This document shows, piece by piece, positions 26,845 through 37,832 of a DNA stretch of 64,000 nt. Where the stretch lies: NCBI RefSeq assembly GCF_052425735.1, contig NC_135766.1:27714001-27778000 (forward strand), in the 5' to 3' direction. Source of the stretch: Oculina patagonica (Eukaryota). The position numbers and the translations under genes are program-made. Position 1 is the first letter of the stretch. Each line of letters starts with the position of its first letter. A model generated the notes under the pieces. The model worked only from the letters and a program-made list of their open reading frames with translations. It had not been told where the DNA came from and ran no database searches.

Positions 26845-29800
26845 TTACTTAACCACTCGGCTTAGGTAGTCTGCTCCAACATTGTCTGATCCCTTGATAG
26901 CTTCAACCTTCAGGTTATAGCTCTGAAGAAAGATCGTCCAGCGCATAAGACGACTGTTCACGAACTTAGCACTGTTCATGTACTTGAGAGGCTCGTGATC
27001 TGTCTGCAGTACAAAACGTACTCCATACAAGTATAGATGAAATCTCTTGATCCCCCACACAATGGCTAAACACTCCTTCTCGATAGTAGAATAATTCCGC
27101 TCCGCATTGGACAGTTTCTTGCTAGCGTAACAAACTGGAAACAGCTTTCCTTCGTGCTCTTGCATTAGAACAGCGCCAATGCCATTATCTGATGCGTCAG
27201 TTCTCAAGTAGTACGTCTTGCTAGGATCAGGAAGATGCAGAATTGGCGTGCTTGTAAGGTGTGCCTTGACTGACTGATAGGCTCTCTCCTGGGCTTCACC
27301 CCACTCCACTCTGTTTGGCTGGCCCTTGCGTGTTAGGTCCGAGAGGGGAGCTACCACTGCAGCGAAATTTGGGATGAAATCTCGATAGTATCCGGCCAAT
27401 CCCATAAACGAACGGATCTGCTTCTTGGTGCTAGGTCTTGGGGCGTCTCTAATCTTAGCCACGTTATCCTCATGAAGTCCTACTAGACCACACTGCAACT
27501 GATGACCAAGAAACTCAACACTGTCTACGCCAAAAATGCACTTGCTTGGTCTGACTGTCATCCCGAACTGTAGTAGTCGCTTGAATAGCTCACGAAGGGC
27601 TTCGAGATGCTCCTCCCACGTGCGGGTGTGGACTAGGATATCGTCCCAGTAGAATTCGACGTTTGGCAGATCCTTCAGTAATCTTTTCATGGCGCGTTTA
27701 AGGGTTGCTGCGGAATTAACCATCCCAAATGGCATTTTCAAGAACTCATACAACCCATCAGGCGTTACAAAGGCTGTCTTCGGGATATCTTCCTCCGGTA
27801 TGGTTATCTGCCAGTATCCTTTGCTAAGGTCAATCTTCGAAAAGTACTTGTCACCGTTTAATTTCTGGAAAAGCTCCTCTGCAGTTGGCATTGGTTCAGG
27901 ATCAAATACAGTTAGCTTGTTTAACTTTCTGTAATCAACGCATACCCTGTTCGTCCCATCCTTTTTCTTCACAACAACAACGGGTGACGAATACGGCGAA
28001 TTAGATTCTCTGACCACGCCCATCTTAATCATATCGTTAATATCCTCCTTAAGAGATTCTCTGAGGCTGTACGGAACAGGATACGGCTTAGATCTGACTG
28101 GCTCCTCTGACGTAAGCTTGATGTGGTGCTGAACCAAGTTCGTGGTACCAGGCGCTTCGGTGAATAGACTCGAGAACTGGTGTGCCAGGTCCATAAACTC
28201 ATCTCTTTGGTCAATTCTAAGATTGGGTCCTGTAGTCACGTCATGGATAGACTCCTTCGGTACATATCCTCCAATCTCCAGGAAGTCGGCTTCAACTTCT
28301 GTCTCCTCAGTCTCAGCCTCAATTGCCACCGCTGACACTTCTGCTGGCTCCTCTCGCTCAAAATACTTCTTGAGAAGGTTGACATGGTAAACTCTCTCTT
28401 TGCCCTTGACTTTGACCTTGTAATCGTTAAGGCCTACAACAGCGCTGACTTCAAAAGGGCCTTTCCACTGCATTAGCAACTTGTTGTGGTCAGTTGGCAG
28501 TAATACAAGTACCTTGTCCCCTGGCTGGAGCTTGCGGACCTTCGTTTTGCGGTCATAGTAGTGCTTCCCTTTCTGCTGGGATTTCTGCAACTCACTGTGG
28601 GCAAGGTTGAGAGTATCTTCTAGCTTCTCGCGCAGCTCGAAGACATACTGGTAACTGTTCTTTACTTCTGGTTCTTCTACTTCTTTCGTCCACAGTTCCT
28701 TCAGAATGTACATGGGTCCTCTGACAGCTCTCCCATACAATAGCTCAAACGGTGCAAATCCTGTAGACTCCTGGGGAACTTCACGGTAGGCAAACAGCAG
28801 CGGGTTGATGTAGCGATGCCACTGCTTTGGCTGCTCACTGCACAATCTTTTCAGCATTAACTTCAGTGATCCATTAAACTTTTCGGTCATACCATTACAC
28901 ATGGGGTGGTACGGAGTTGTCGTCAGCTGCTTGATGCTCAAGAGACGCATTACCTCCTTCATACATTCAGAGACAAACTGTGTTCCCAGATCGCTAAGGA
29001 TCTCTTCCGGTACTCCAAGGCGGCTGAAGATGTCTACTAGGGCTTCTGCAACGGTTTCTGTATCAATGTTCTTCAACGGGACAGCTTCTGGGTATCGAGT
29101 TGCATAATCCACGAGCGTCAGTATGTATCTGTGACCTTCCTCGCTTGGTGGGCTTATCGGACCAATCAGGTCGATTGCTACTCTCTTAAACGGCTTGTCA
29201 ATTATCGGCATCTTCTCCAACGGAACTTTGGGGACTGACCCCTTTGGTACGGTCTTCTGACATACATCACAGGATTTACAATGTCGCGTGACATCTCCTT
29301 GGATACCAGGCCAGTAGAACGCAGCCTGAATTTTGTCAGCTGTCTTCTTTATGCCCATGTGTCCACCCATTATTGACCCGTGAGCTACATCCATGATTTG
29401 GCGTCTCAACGGGGTTGGAACCAGAACTTGTCTCACGGGCTTTCCACTATTTACGTACGGGTGCTTGTAAACTCGATACAGGACTCCGCTCTTTCGCTCA
29501 AATGAGATCTCAGCTTGGCCCTTCACTCGAGTGTCATCGCGGTCCCAGTACTTCTTCAGACTCGCATCCTCACGCTGCAACTGCATAAGCTTCTCTCTAT
29601 CTACTATGGGACTCTCTGATGAACTTGGCACCTTCAATGGGGTATGTTCTCCGGCTTTCTTAGCTTGACCTCTAGTGGTCACGGCACACGCTTCCTGCCA
29701 GCTGGGGTCTGGGTCATCTGCGGCTCTTGCACCAGGCACATTACCAACGATAAGGTCATAGATCGCATTGGGAAGGCACTGTGCTTCAACTTCTCCTGAC

Positions 29801-30228
29801 AGGTAAGGGGTGTCCACAGTGATCTTTGCAATAGGTACTTTTCTCACAGTATTGTCTATAAGCAGCATACAATTGAAGTCACCAGTGTACTGCTCCTCTG
29901 AAACTAACTCCTTCTTTACTACAATACCACTGCAACCAGTGTCTCTCAAAACATCCACTGTCTTTTCACCCACTCTACCCTTTACAACAGGCATCTTGCT
30001 TCTAGCTCCAGTCAACGGCTCCACGCACGCATTGCTAAGCAACGGAATCCTTTTTCCACAGGCTAAAAGGAGCTGATCCTCTTCAATACAAGACTTGACT
30101 TCCTCTGGCGTAGCGTTTAGCTGGGGTGGCTGAACTAGACAGCCAGCACTCACTTGGTCACGTGGTGCTGCGGGTACACGAGGCTTACTCGATCCTCCAG
30201 CCTTCGGCAAATTCACTTTGAGAGACAC
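26845..30228 (-). CDS. pol: Pol region: protease - integrase - reverse transcriptase - RNase H
   Basis: LRDTGCS (protease); H..H..CxxC and DLIG/SDLG/GMTE (integrase); FYWDD (RT); TDAS (RNase H). Integrase precedes RT. Confidence 0.95.
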   Translation of the reverse strand: MSLKVNLPKAGGSSKPRVPAAPRDQVSAGCLVQPPQLNATPEEVKSCIEEDQLLLACGKRIPLLSNACVEPLTGARSKMPVVKGRVGEKTVDVLRDTGCSGIVVKKELVSEEQYTGDFNCMLLIDNTVRKVPIAKITVDTPYLSGEVEAQCLPNAIYDLIVGNVPGARAADDPDPSWQEACAVTTRGQAKKAGEHTPLKVPSSSESPIVDREKLMQLQREDASLKKYWDRDDTRVKGQAEISFERKSGVLYRVYKHPYVNSGKPVRQVLVPTPLRRQIMDVAHGSIMGGHMGIKKTADKIQAAFYWPGIQGDVTRHCKSCDVCQKTVPKGSVPKVPLEKMPIIDKPFKRVAIDLIGPISPPSEEGHRYILTLVDYATRYPEAVPLKNIDTETVAEALVDIFSRLGVPEEILSDLGTQFVSECMKEVMRLLSIKQLTTTPYHPMCNGMTEKFNGSLKLMLKRLCSEQPKQWHRYINPLLFAYREVPQESTGFAPFELLYGRAVRGPMYILKELWTKEVEEPEVKNSYQYVFELREKLEDTLNLAHSELQKSQQKGKHYYDRKTKVRKLQPGDKVLVLLPTDHNKLLMQWKGPFEVSAVVGLNDYKVKVKGKERVYHVNLLKKYFEREEPAEVSAVAIEAETEETEVEADFLEIGGYVPKESIHDVTTGPNLRIDQRDEFMDLAHQFSSLFTEAPGTTNLVQHHIKLTSEEPVRSKPYPVPYSLRESLKEDINDMIKMGVVRESNSPYSSPVVVVKKKDGTNRVCVDYRKLNKLTVFDPEPMPTAEELFQKLNGDKYFSKIDLSKGYWQITIPEEDIPKTAFVTPDGLYEFLKMPFGMVNSAATLKRAMKRLLKDLPNVEFYWDDILVHTRTWEEHLEALRELFKRLLQFGMTVRPSKCIFGVDSVEFLGHQLQCGLVGLHEDNVAKIRDAPRPSTKKQIRSFMGLAGYYRDFIPNFAAVVAPLSDLTRKGQPNRVEWGEAQERAYQSVKAHLTSTPILHLPDPSKTYYLRTDASDNGIGAVLMQEHEGKLFPVCYASKKLSNAERNYSTIEKECLAIVWGIKRFHLYLYGVRFVLQTDHEPLKYMNSAKFVNSRLMRWTIFLQSYNLKVEAIKGSDNVGADYLSRVVK

Positions 30229-31295
30229 TTGGCAATTTCTCGCTTCATGTCCTTGCCTTCCACACTAGAAACACAACCTTGATACGGCTTGACAGTTGGC
30301 AGCTTTATGCCCTCGACCATTGCACTTGTAGCACTGTACCTGGCTAGGATGAATGGGCGGTTTCTTTGCGTCATCATCCTTTTGGGGTGGGGCTGGTGGT
30401 CTACTTCGTCCACTACTAAACACGTGCTTTCCATGAGCTTGTAAGTACTGGTCAGCAATCTGGGATATCTGTTCCAGTGTCTCTGGAGCCCTTTCACGTA
30501 AGTGAATGGCTAGTTCCTTCGGACATGAATTGATGAATTGCTCCTTGACTATCAAATCTCTTAGGCCATCAAAGCTCTTAGTGGTCTTAGAGAGTTCGAC
30601 CCACCGCATTAGATATGTACTCAAGCGCACAACAAACTGATCAGGACTTTCATCAATCTCAGGCTTAGATACTCTAAATTTATGACGGTAGCCGTCCTCA
30701 GTTAAATCATACCTCTTCATCAGTGCCAGTTTCATTTTATCGTAATCCGTAGCGGCCTCCTCTGACAACCGTGAATAAACATCCAGGGCGCGTCCTGTCA
30801 ACAGAGCACTAAGCTTTGTAGCCCAACCATTCTTCTCCCACTTAGCGTTCGTCGCAAACCGTTCAAAACGCTGGAGATAGGCATCGAGGTCATCCTTACC
30901 GTCCACAAATGACGGTAGTTTAGGGGTCTTGGCTCGTTCCTCTTTGTTATTGTTCGGTTGTGCGGGGAAATGTCCATCTCCCGCCAAACGTGCTAGATCT
31001 AACTCATGCTGTCTTTTCGCGGCTTCGATCGCTTCTCTCTGTCTCAAAAGTTCCACTTCCCTTTCCATTTTTCGGAGATCGCGTTCCTGGCGCCTTGCTT
31101 CTCTTTCATCTTCTTCTTGCCGACGTTTCTCGTCTCTCTCTTCGGCTTGTTGTCGACGTCTCTCTTCTTTCTCCTCTTGTTGTGTTCTTTTTCTCTCTGA
31201 AGTCTTTCCTCTTTCTCCTCTTGTTCTTTTACGAATTTCAACAGCTTTTCTCCTTCGAGTCCAAACTTTTCTCCCATCTGAATAAACTTCTCCAT
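30229..31295 (-). pseudogene. gag: Gag (coiled coil, SCAN-like capsid, two CCHC knuckles) with a frameshift and a nonsense codon
   Basis: The ATG 31295 frame (MEKFIQMG..) switches to the 30265-31407 frame near 31185. A TAG at 30267-30265 falls inside the second knuckle (CF*CGRQGHEARNC), in frame with pol. Confidence 0.85.
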
Positions 31296-32091
31296 TGCTA
31301 AAGACGCTTAAAAGTTTACCACAAAATAATCGAAGCAAACAATCTTCACAAACGCGACTCACTTGTAATTCGATTATCCTCGACGATAAGTTCCACAAAC
31401 CACACACTTCGAATTAATTTGTTTCTTTCCTGCGATTACGGTAGTAAATAAACTCTTCGTTCTTGTGCTCCACTCACACACGGCAAATAGTCAAACAAAC
31501 AATCCACACAATTACTTTCGATTCTCCGGCTCGACGATAAACTCGACAAATCGACACAAACCACACACCTTGAAAGAAACTGTTCCTTTCTAGCGGTTAG
31601 GTTAGTAAATAAACACTTCTTGTGCTCTACACACAGCAAATAATCAAAACAAACAATTCTCACAGATGCCGCTTGCTTGTCCTTCGATTCTCCTCGACGA
31701 TAAACTTCACAAAATCGCCACAAACCACACAACTTGAATAAATTTGCACCTTTCCTGGTTACGGTAGTAAAGTAAACGCTTCTTATGCTTCACTCCCGGA
31801 CGGGCCCCCAATGTTACGAATGGATTCGGTTTGGTGAAGTAAACGTTTACCAGACTGAACGCAGGATTCTCGGTAACACAACAATTTTACTCAATTCCAG
31901 CTTAACATGTCGCACCCTTCGACAATCAACTCAAAAAACACTTCTCGTCTCAAGTTCTTCTTGGAAAGTCTCTATCACGTGGCCTAAGCGAAAGTCTAAA
32001 AATAAACATCCTCGTGGGAAAATACGTCACATGGACAATGTCACGAACAATGTCACGCTCAGTTTCGGAAGTAACACAATTTTTTGTAACA

Positions 32092-32445
32092 CCGTTAATG
32101 ATTCGATTTAGCGCCCGGGGGGCTTATTTACTTTTGGCACGGCAAGGGATGGCGCTTATTTAACATTTTGAGAAACAACCAAATGTTCAAAATAAAACTT
32201 TAATAGATATTAAAATACCTAACAAATAACTAACAATATCAGAAACTATAACAGTAACAAATTGCAAAAAGGTCAGTTACTTTTAAAAGAATTGTTCATT
32301 TCAGCAGTAAATATATACATGTACGGTACGGTGAATATTCATAAATGGGGGGCGCTTATTGGAATAGGGGCGCTTATTGACAAAGAAACATTCGAAAGGG
32401 GGGGGGCGCTTATTGGAAGGAGGGCGCTAAATCGAATCATTGCGG
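32092..32445. mobile_element. Tc1/mariner-like MITE whose left TIR is the Gypsy target site
   Basis: CCGTTAATGATTCGATTTAGCGCCC ... GGGCGCTAAATCGAATCATTGCGG. Internal GGGGCGCTTATT repeats. The TA-CCGTT left end remains at 26458-26464. Confidence 0.7.
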
Positions 32446-32551
32446 TTATTATATTAAGTTATATGGCATACTGTATTGGCCAGAAATGTAGTGTAGATGA
32501 TTTAAACGAAGCCTAAGTTAGAGCTACAGAGGCAACGGAGCGTTTTGAAAC

Positions 32552-32555
32552 GTGT

Positions 32556-32586
<31 letters not shown>
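32552..32586. repeat. (GT)n microsatellite
   Basis: Direct reading. Confidence 0.95.
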
Positions 32587-34544
32587 GGGGGGGGAGCTCA
32601 TCGTACACCTAGCCAACGCATACCTAGTTAAAAGTCCTACACCATATTATTTCGCCAAGCACGATCCTGATGTAACGATTTGTGAAAAGATCACGACTGA
32701 TGAATATCTTGATAAACCAATTTTATGCTGCACTAGCGATACTTTCGGCACTGAAATTTTTGATTCGGTGACCTACTCCCCATCCCCCGGCGCCTATGAA
32801 CTAGTTTGGTGTTCACGAAGACTATGTATTGTTAGCTGTTGTCTAGTAACAATTGCGGCTATTATTTTGACATCATGCTTGAGAAGAAAAGAATAGGTCC
32901 TTATAGATTGCGCTAGTAGAAAAGAGCATATAATGCTATTAGTAGAGCCCGATTATTTTCCAAATTATTTTCAAAAATTATGCTTTTTTTCTTAAAGTAT
33001 GCTTTCGATGCAATCATGAAATTTGACTTTTATCACGTCGGATAGATGACCCTAGTCCGATCTCTAGCAATTTGAGCGGGTTCTGGCCTATCGGACGGCT
33101 GCTCTTCTTCTCGTATCTGCAAGTTGCTTGTGGGAACTGAGACTTACGCAATCTTCACTTTCGGTGTACCCAGTCCTCTAAAGACAACGAACGACGTAGT
33201 ATTGCGGTAACCTTCCCCCCTCCCCCAGACGAATAAAAATAGGCTGAATCATAGACAGAACTTGGAAATAGTGAATCTTAGGGCCTGTTTACATGGAGGT
33301 GAGGTCCCCAGATAGGAAAGGTAACCCGCCTGTCCATATAATCTCTCATTTTTACGACTGAATTTTTAATTCAGGAAGTTTAGTAGCTAGCCCAATGGCA
33401 CTCGTTGGTCGGTCGGTCCACCGTCTGTAACTCCACTAGTAGAAAGAGTATAGCAAGGCGGCCGTATAAAGGCGGCCTTTTAAACTTAAAGAGGTTTACA
33501 AGAAAAACAAGAAGCAAAGAAACAAAATATCGCTAACAATTACGTGTAGAATTAAGTAATCGACCACCAAAAAAGTGAACATTGAGAGCCATTAATCGAT
33601 CGATAACTTTCGTGTCTATCTTTCGAGCTAGCGTCGTACATGAAGGAGCATTCGACAACTAAATCGGGTTCCACATAAGCTTCATCAACGACGGATCTAT
33701 CTAGAAACCAATCGAGTGCGTGGCTGCTTGTTCGCAAGAAAATGAAAAAGCTTTTGAGATGTAACAGCACAAGTACAATTATACCTGAATCAGTCAATAT
33801 GTTCTGATATATTTATTTACAGCGTTATAACTTAACGGCTTACATGTAAATTATTCTGCAATGCATACCTACGGAGCGATGTAATAATCAAACCATTTTA
33901 GTGCTACGAGTTAAAAAAAGAAAAAAAACCTGTCTCCTCTGGGATTTGAACTCACAACCACTCGCTCCTCATCCTAATACCTACACGAGTGTGCGAATCA
34001 GACATGCTAAGTCACGTGAGACGAATATATATTACATCAGTGTAATAGACATTCCGCCGATTATCATGTGCATCATGATAATCGGTTATCATGTGCATCA
34101 AAGAAATGCCTGCTGCTCATATATTTTAAAGGAATGAAAACTAAACTAAAAACTTGGTGAAAAAAATTCAGTCGTGGCTTCAAGAGCTCTTTGATATTAT
34201 ATAATTATATAGCTGTCAGTAAATCATATATTGTCAGCGCAGCTATTTTTCCTTAATTTCTGAGAACTGTCCAATTTGGGATTAAATTTGTATAGTTTCA
34301 ATTAGGACTTTTAGGTGAACTGCACAAACTGTCCAATTTAAGATAAATTGGACAGTTTTGTCTCAGCCGAACAAGTCGAAGAAGAAACACCATTTGACGG
34401 ATATTAGCCAATTAGCACAAAGCATAGCGTCAGCCCTGTAAACTTGTCGCATTGTTAGTCGACAATGGCGGATTTTATAAGGCTTGTTTGCTACGTTTTT
34501 CCACTCCTTTTGAGCTTTTCAGCAATAGTAACAAAATAAAGAAA

Positions 34545-34752
34545 TTTTCAACGTTGTCAGAAGAGGAGCTAGCCACACTAAGAAAAAAAAAATCAAGAGC
34601 AAAACACCCCCAATAGTACAAAACTTGGGTGAACGTAAGTGCAGCGAAACGAAGCAAGAAATCTATCACTGATATTCATCGCCATAAGCTAGATGCAATT
34701 CTTTGTCGTTTTTCCTGAAATTCAAAAAGAAAAGACGGCGACGAATACGAAC
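34545..34752 (+). pseudogene. Degraded Crypton/DUF3504-type tyrosine recombinase N-terminal fragment
   Basis: Frameshifted translation FSTLSEEELATL..STKTWV..LDAILCRF..EI.K.KDGDEYE resembles the Crypton/ZMYM N-terminal motif. Confidence 0.5.
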
Positions 34753-36869
34753 GAGAAAGTTGAAAGGAGTGAGTATTTACCATTAACAAGAAATTTCGGA
34801 AAATTTCCGTTGGGAAGAGTGCGTTCCATTTACACGGAGTCTCATTCGTTCACACGCTCCTCGCTGTTCAGTTTCTGTTGCTCTCTCGAATCGTCCGCGA
34901 AAGGTGATGATGCATGAAGTCATAAAGTTCTTAATTGACGAGGAAAGTCTGATAAATTCAAAAATGATGGGGAAATAAGTATCCTTGCAGCGGCTACAAC
35001 GTTCATGAGACGCTATCTGTGCCACAATATTAACGCTATTTTGAATGTTCTTTGTCGGCATATTCGATCGATGAATACTTGCTCTGCCCAAAGAAAGCTT
35101 TGCTTCAGGCACAAATTTCACCTACCATTTATCGTGATACAGTATATTTTGTAGATCTAATGCAAATACTTGAGTAGAGCACTCGATTATACCCTGAAAA
35201 CTCACCTATGAAGAACTAACATAAGACTGACCCGCCATTTTAGTTGAGGAGCCGTGAGACCTGGCTGTGAAAAAGGCTTGGGACTAGTGAGAAAGACGAG
35301 AAATCTGTAAATGGAACACGAATTTCCATTGGGAAGTTCCCACCCGGAATTTCCGGAAATTTTTTTAATGGTAAACAACCAGTATGTCAGATTCAAGAAG
35401 TTGTAAAGCTCTTCAGATTCTTTGTTTACGACTTTCATTGATTGATGCATGTTTTCACTCATTTGTATCAAGCTTCGCAAACTCAGATGAATAAAATTGC
35501 ACTGTTTTGTTTAAGTTTTATTTGTGAAGACAATGCTTTGAGTGTGTTGCATGTGTTGTGTTATGCCTACTATTGTTGTATGGTTTTTCCGTTCTGGACA
35601 TAAGTTTATTGTTTACGCTTGATTGACTGACTTATAGTGAGAAACTTTGACTAGCAACCAAAATGACGTTAGAATGTATCTTAATGAATGTGTGATCCAT
35701 TAGTAACTAAAGAAACGATAATTTAAAAGCTATGAATGTTAATAAGCAGCTAATAACATAAATAAGCAACGCTGTAAAACTAATAATTTAGAAGAAAGTA
35801 ACTTGTGAGTCAAGAAGCTTGAAGGAGAAGAAAGTTGAAGGAGCAGGGTTGAAGAAGCAAGTTATAGATGGAAGTCAATACTCGAAGGAAGTAAATTGTA
35901 AGTTAAGATTAGAAGAAGGCAATGATGAAAATTACAAGAAAGAAGATGTAAAATCAAAGTAGACTATTAGTCGTTTGCTGTTCGACAGCTGGAGTACCTC
36001 AGCTCTGAGCTATCCCCGTCGACAAACCATCAGCAAAATTTCCTAGAGAAAGAACGCTTCACACTATCGAAACCCCGAGAAACCCCTCTTCAACAAATTT
36101 ATTAGGCCTTTCTAAGTTTGGAGACCGAAATTAACTCTACCTTCCCCTTTAATAAGTCCTTCTAACTGCAAGTTGATCTACGACGGAAAGAAGAATTTTC
36201 AGTATTAAACAAGAGTGGATGAAGGCAATTTACCCTTCTTACAGTATTAGCTTTAATTATTTAATTAAGCCTGTAGCCTAATTTAACTGATCCTATCATC
36301 AATTAACTTTTCCTCACATTATTAATCCAAAATCAGGTACAACTGAATTAATTTGTACATGTATTTTCTTCATTCAGTGTAGTAAGGGTCGTTTAAAACA
36401 CTTTTAATACATTTTATTTTTACTTTAAACTTGACGTGATTATGACGGTTATTATATAATCAACGTAAAAACTTCGTCTATTTTTACAACAATTTTTAGT
36501 GAAATATGATGTTCTTTATTAAATGACACAGACATACTGGTGAAATCTTTGGAAAGGCCATGAGTTACCCGGGTAATGCTGTCACAAAAAAGTCCTAGAT
36601 TTGCGTGAGCAAAACCAGCCAAAGCTCTGTGTCAGAATTTCCCCAATGACAACATTTGTTCACTTTACTCTACATTAAACAACAGGCCCATGGCTGCACG
36701 GTTACAGTAAAAAAGCACGACCATTTTAATTACTAGGATCACCCCAGGCCCAGTTAAAAAGAAATGTTTTACAAGTCAATTAATGGCACTTTGTGGATAT
36801 CCCAAGCTAAAGATGCTGATTAAAGTACTGTTCGAGTAAGTTTGGTACAATTGATACATGTACATATAC

Positions 36870-37019
36870 CTTCATCATCCAGTTCTGAATCATCTTCATC
36901 TCTTTCCGTTTTCAGTTTATCACAATCTGTTAGTGTTTGTAAATCGTCATCTGTTTCCTTTGAAATCTTTTCATCAGTTTCAGGCAAATGGCATGGTACA
37001 GTTACACTTTCACATTGAT
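36870..37019 (-). CDS. Isolated acidic coding exon (50 codons, phase 1-1), probably downstream of the GT4 exon
   Basis: Polypyrimidine acceptor ctctctttatcttgaaag and donor AAG|gtatat. Translation DQCESVTVPCHLPETDEK...ERDEDDSELDDE. Phase matches the GT4 donor. Confidence 0.55.
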
Positions 37020-37776
37020 CTTTCAAGATAAAGAGAGACTACTGAGTTAATTGACCATAATGATGTAATAATATACATTCAGTGGCACATCCAGATCTTC
37101 AGGTAAGGGAAGGGGGACCATTATTTAGACCTTAGAATAAGGGGGGGGGGGGGGGGGGTCAGCACTAGAAAAAAATTTTCTCAGCTCTTCGGGTCCCTAT
37201 TTGTTCTAAAATTAAGGGGGGGGGGGGGGAGAAATGAATTGGCAAATAGATCACAATGAATTGGCAAATAGATCACAATCTTGCGAAGTAGATCTTATGA
37301 GGGCGTGAGGGCATCCTGTAGACCAAAAATCCTTTTGATGCTGTTGATCCATGAGTAAGATTCTAATATCTGATCTGATAATTTGGTTATATGCAGATTG
37401 CTGATCATTGACAGCCTTGCGATGAATATCGACACTTCGCTGTTGACATCTTAGTGCCATGGATTATATACATTTAGGTTTAAATTTCTGTTATTTTTAT
37501 ATGTAGTAAGCTGAATTTAGGGAAAAAGATGTCATCATCTAACATGTACAGTTTTCAACAAGCATTTTCACATACATGTAAACCTGGTTTAAAAAAGAGC
37601 AGAAGCTTTCCCCTCAGGTGTAATACACCTGTATGTGGTTTAAAAAATCGACCTGTAACCAGGTGGACTCATGATAAGAAATAAAACCTCACTCTGGTTC
37701 AAAAAGTCACCTTTAAGTCCTGACATTTTTGGCCAAAAAATTCAACCTTCATCAGGAGTGCGGGGATTGGGGGGAA

Positions 37777-37777
<1 letters not shown>

Positions 37778-37831
<54 letters not shown>
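37778..37831. repeat. (TAA)n microsatellite
   Basis: Direct reading. Confidence 0.95.

Positions 37832-37832
<1 letters not shown>

Larger units (their letters stand above)
26465..32091 (-). mobile_element. Full-length Gypsy/Ty3 LTR retrotransposon, Gmr1-like
   Basis: 280-bp TG...CA LTRs at 26465-26744 and 31812-32091 (2 differences seen). TSD CCGTT. tRNA-Pro-like PBS TGGGGGCCCGTCCGGGA at 31810-31794. PPT AAGAGGGGG next to the 3' LTR. Confidence 0.97.

Noticed and set aside
30265-30267. Programmed gag-pol stop read-through
   Set aside because: The TAG sits inside a CCHC knuckle and gag has a second lesion, so a nonsense mutation is simpler.
33925-33990. tRNA gene on the minus strand
   Set aside because: Only a B-box/T-arm-like piece (GTTCAAATCCC); no complete cloverleaf.
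37140-37230. Poly-G runs (also 45062, 56276, 58346, 59272) as functional G-quadruplexes
   Set aside because: They are homopolymers, mostly within MITE-type repeats, and their length is unreliable in assemblies.
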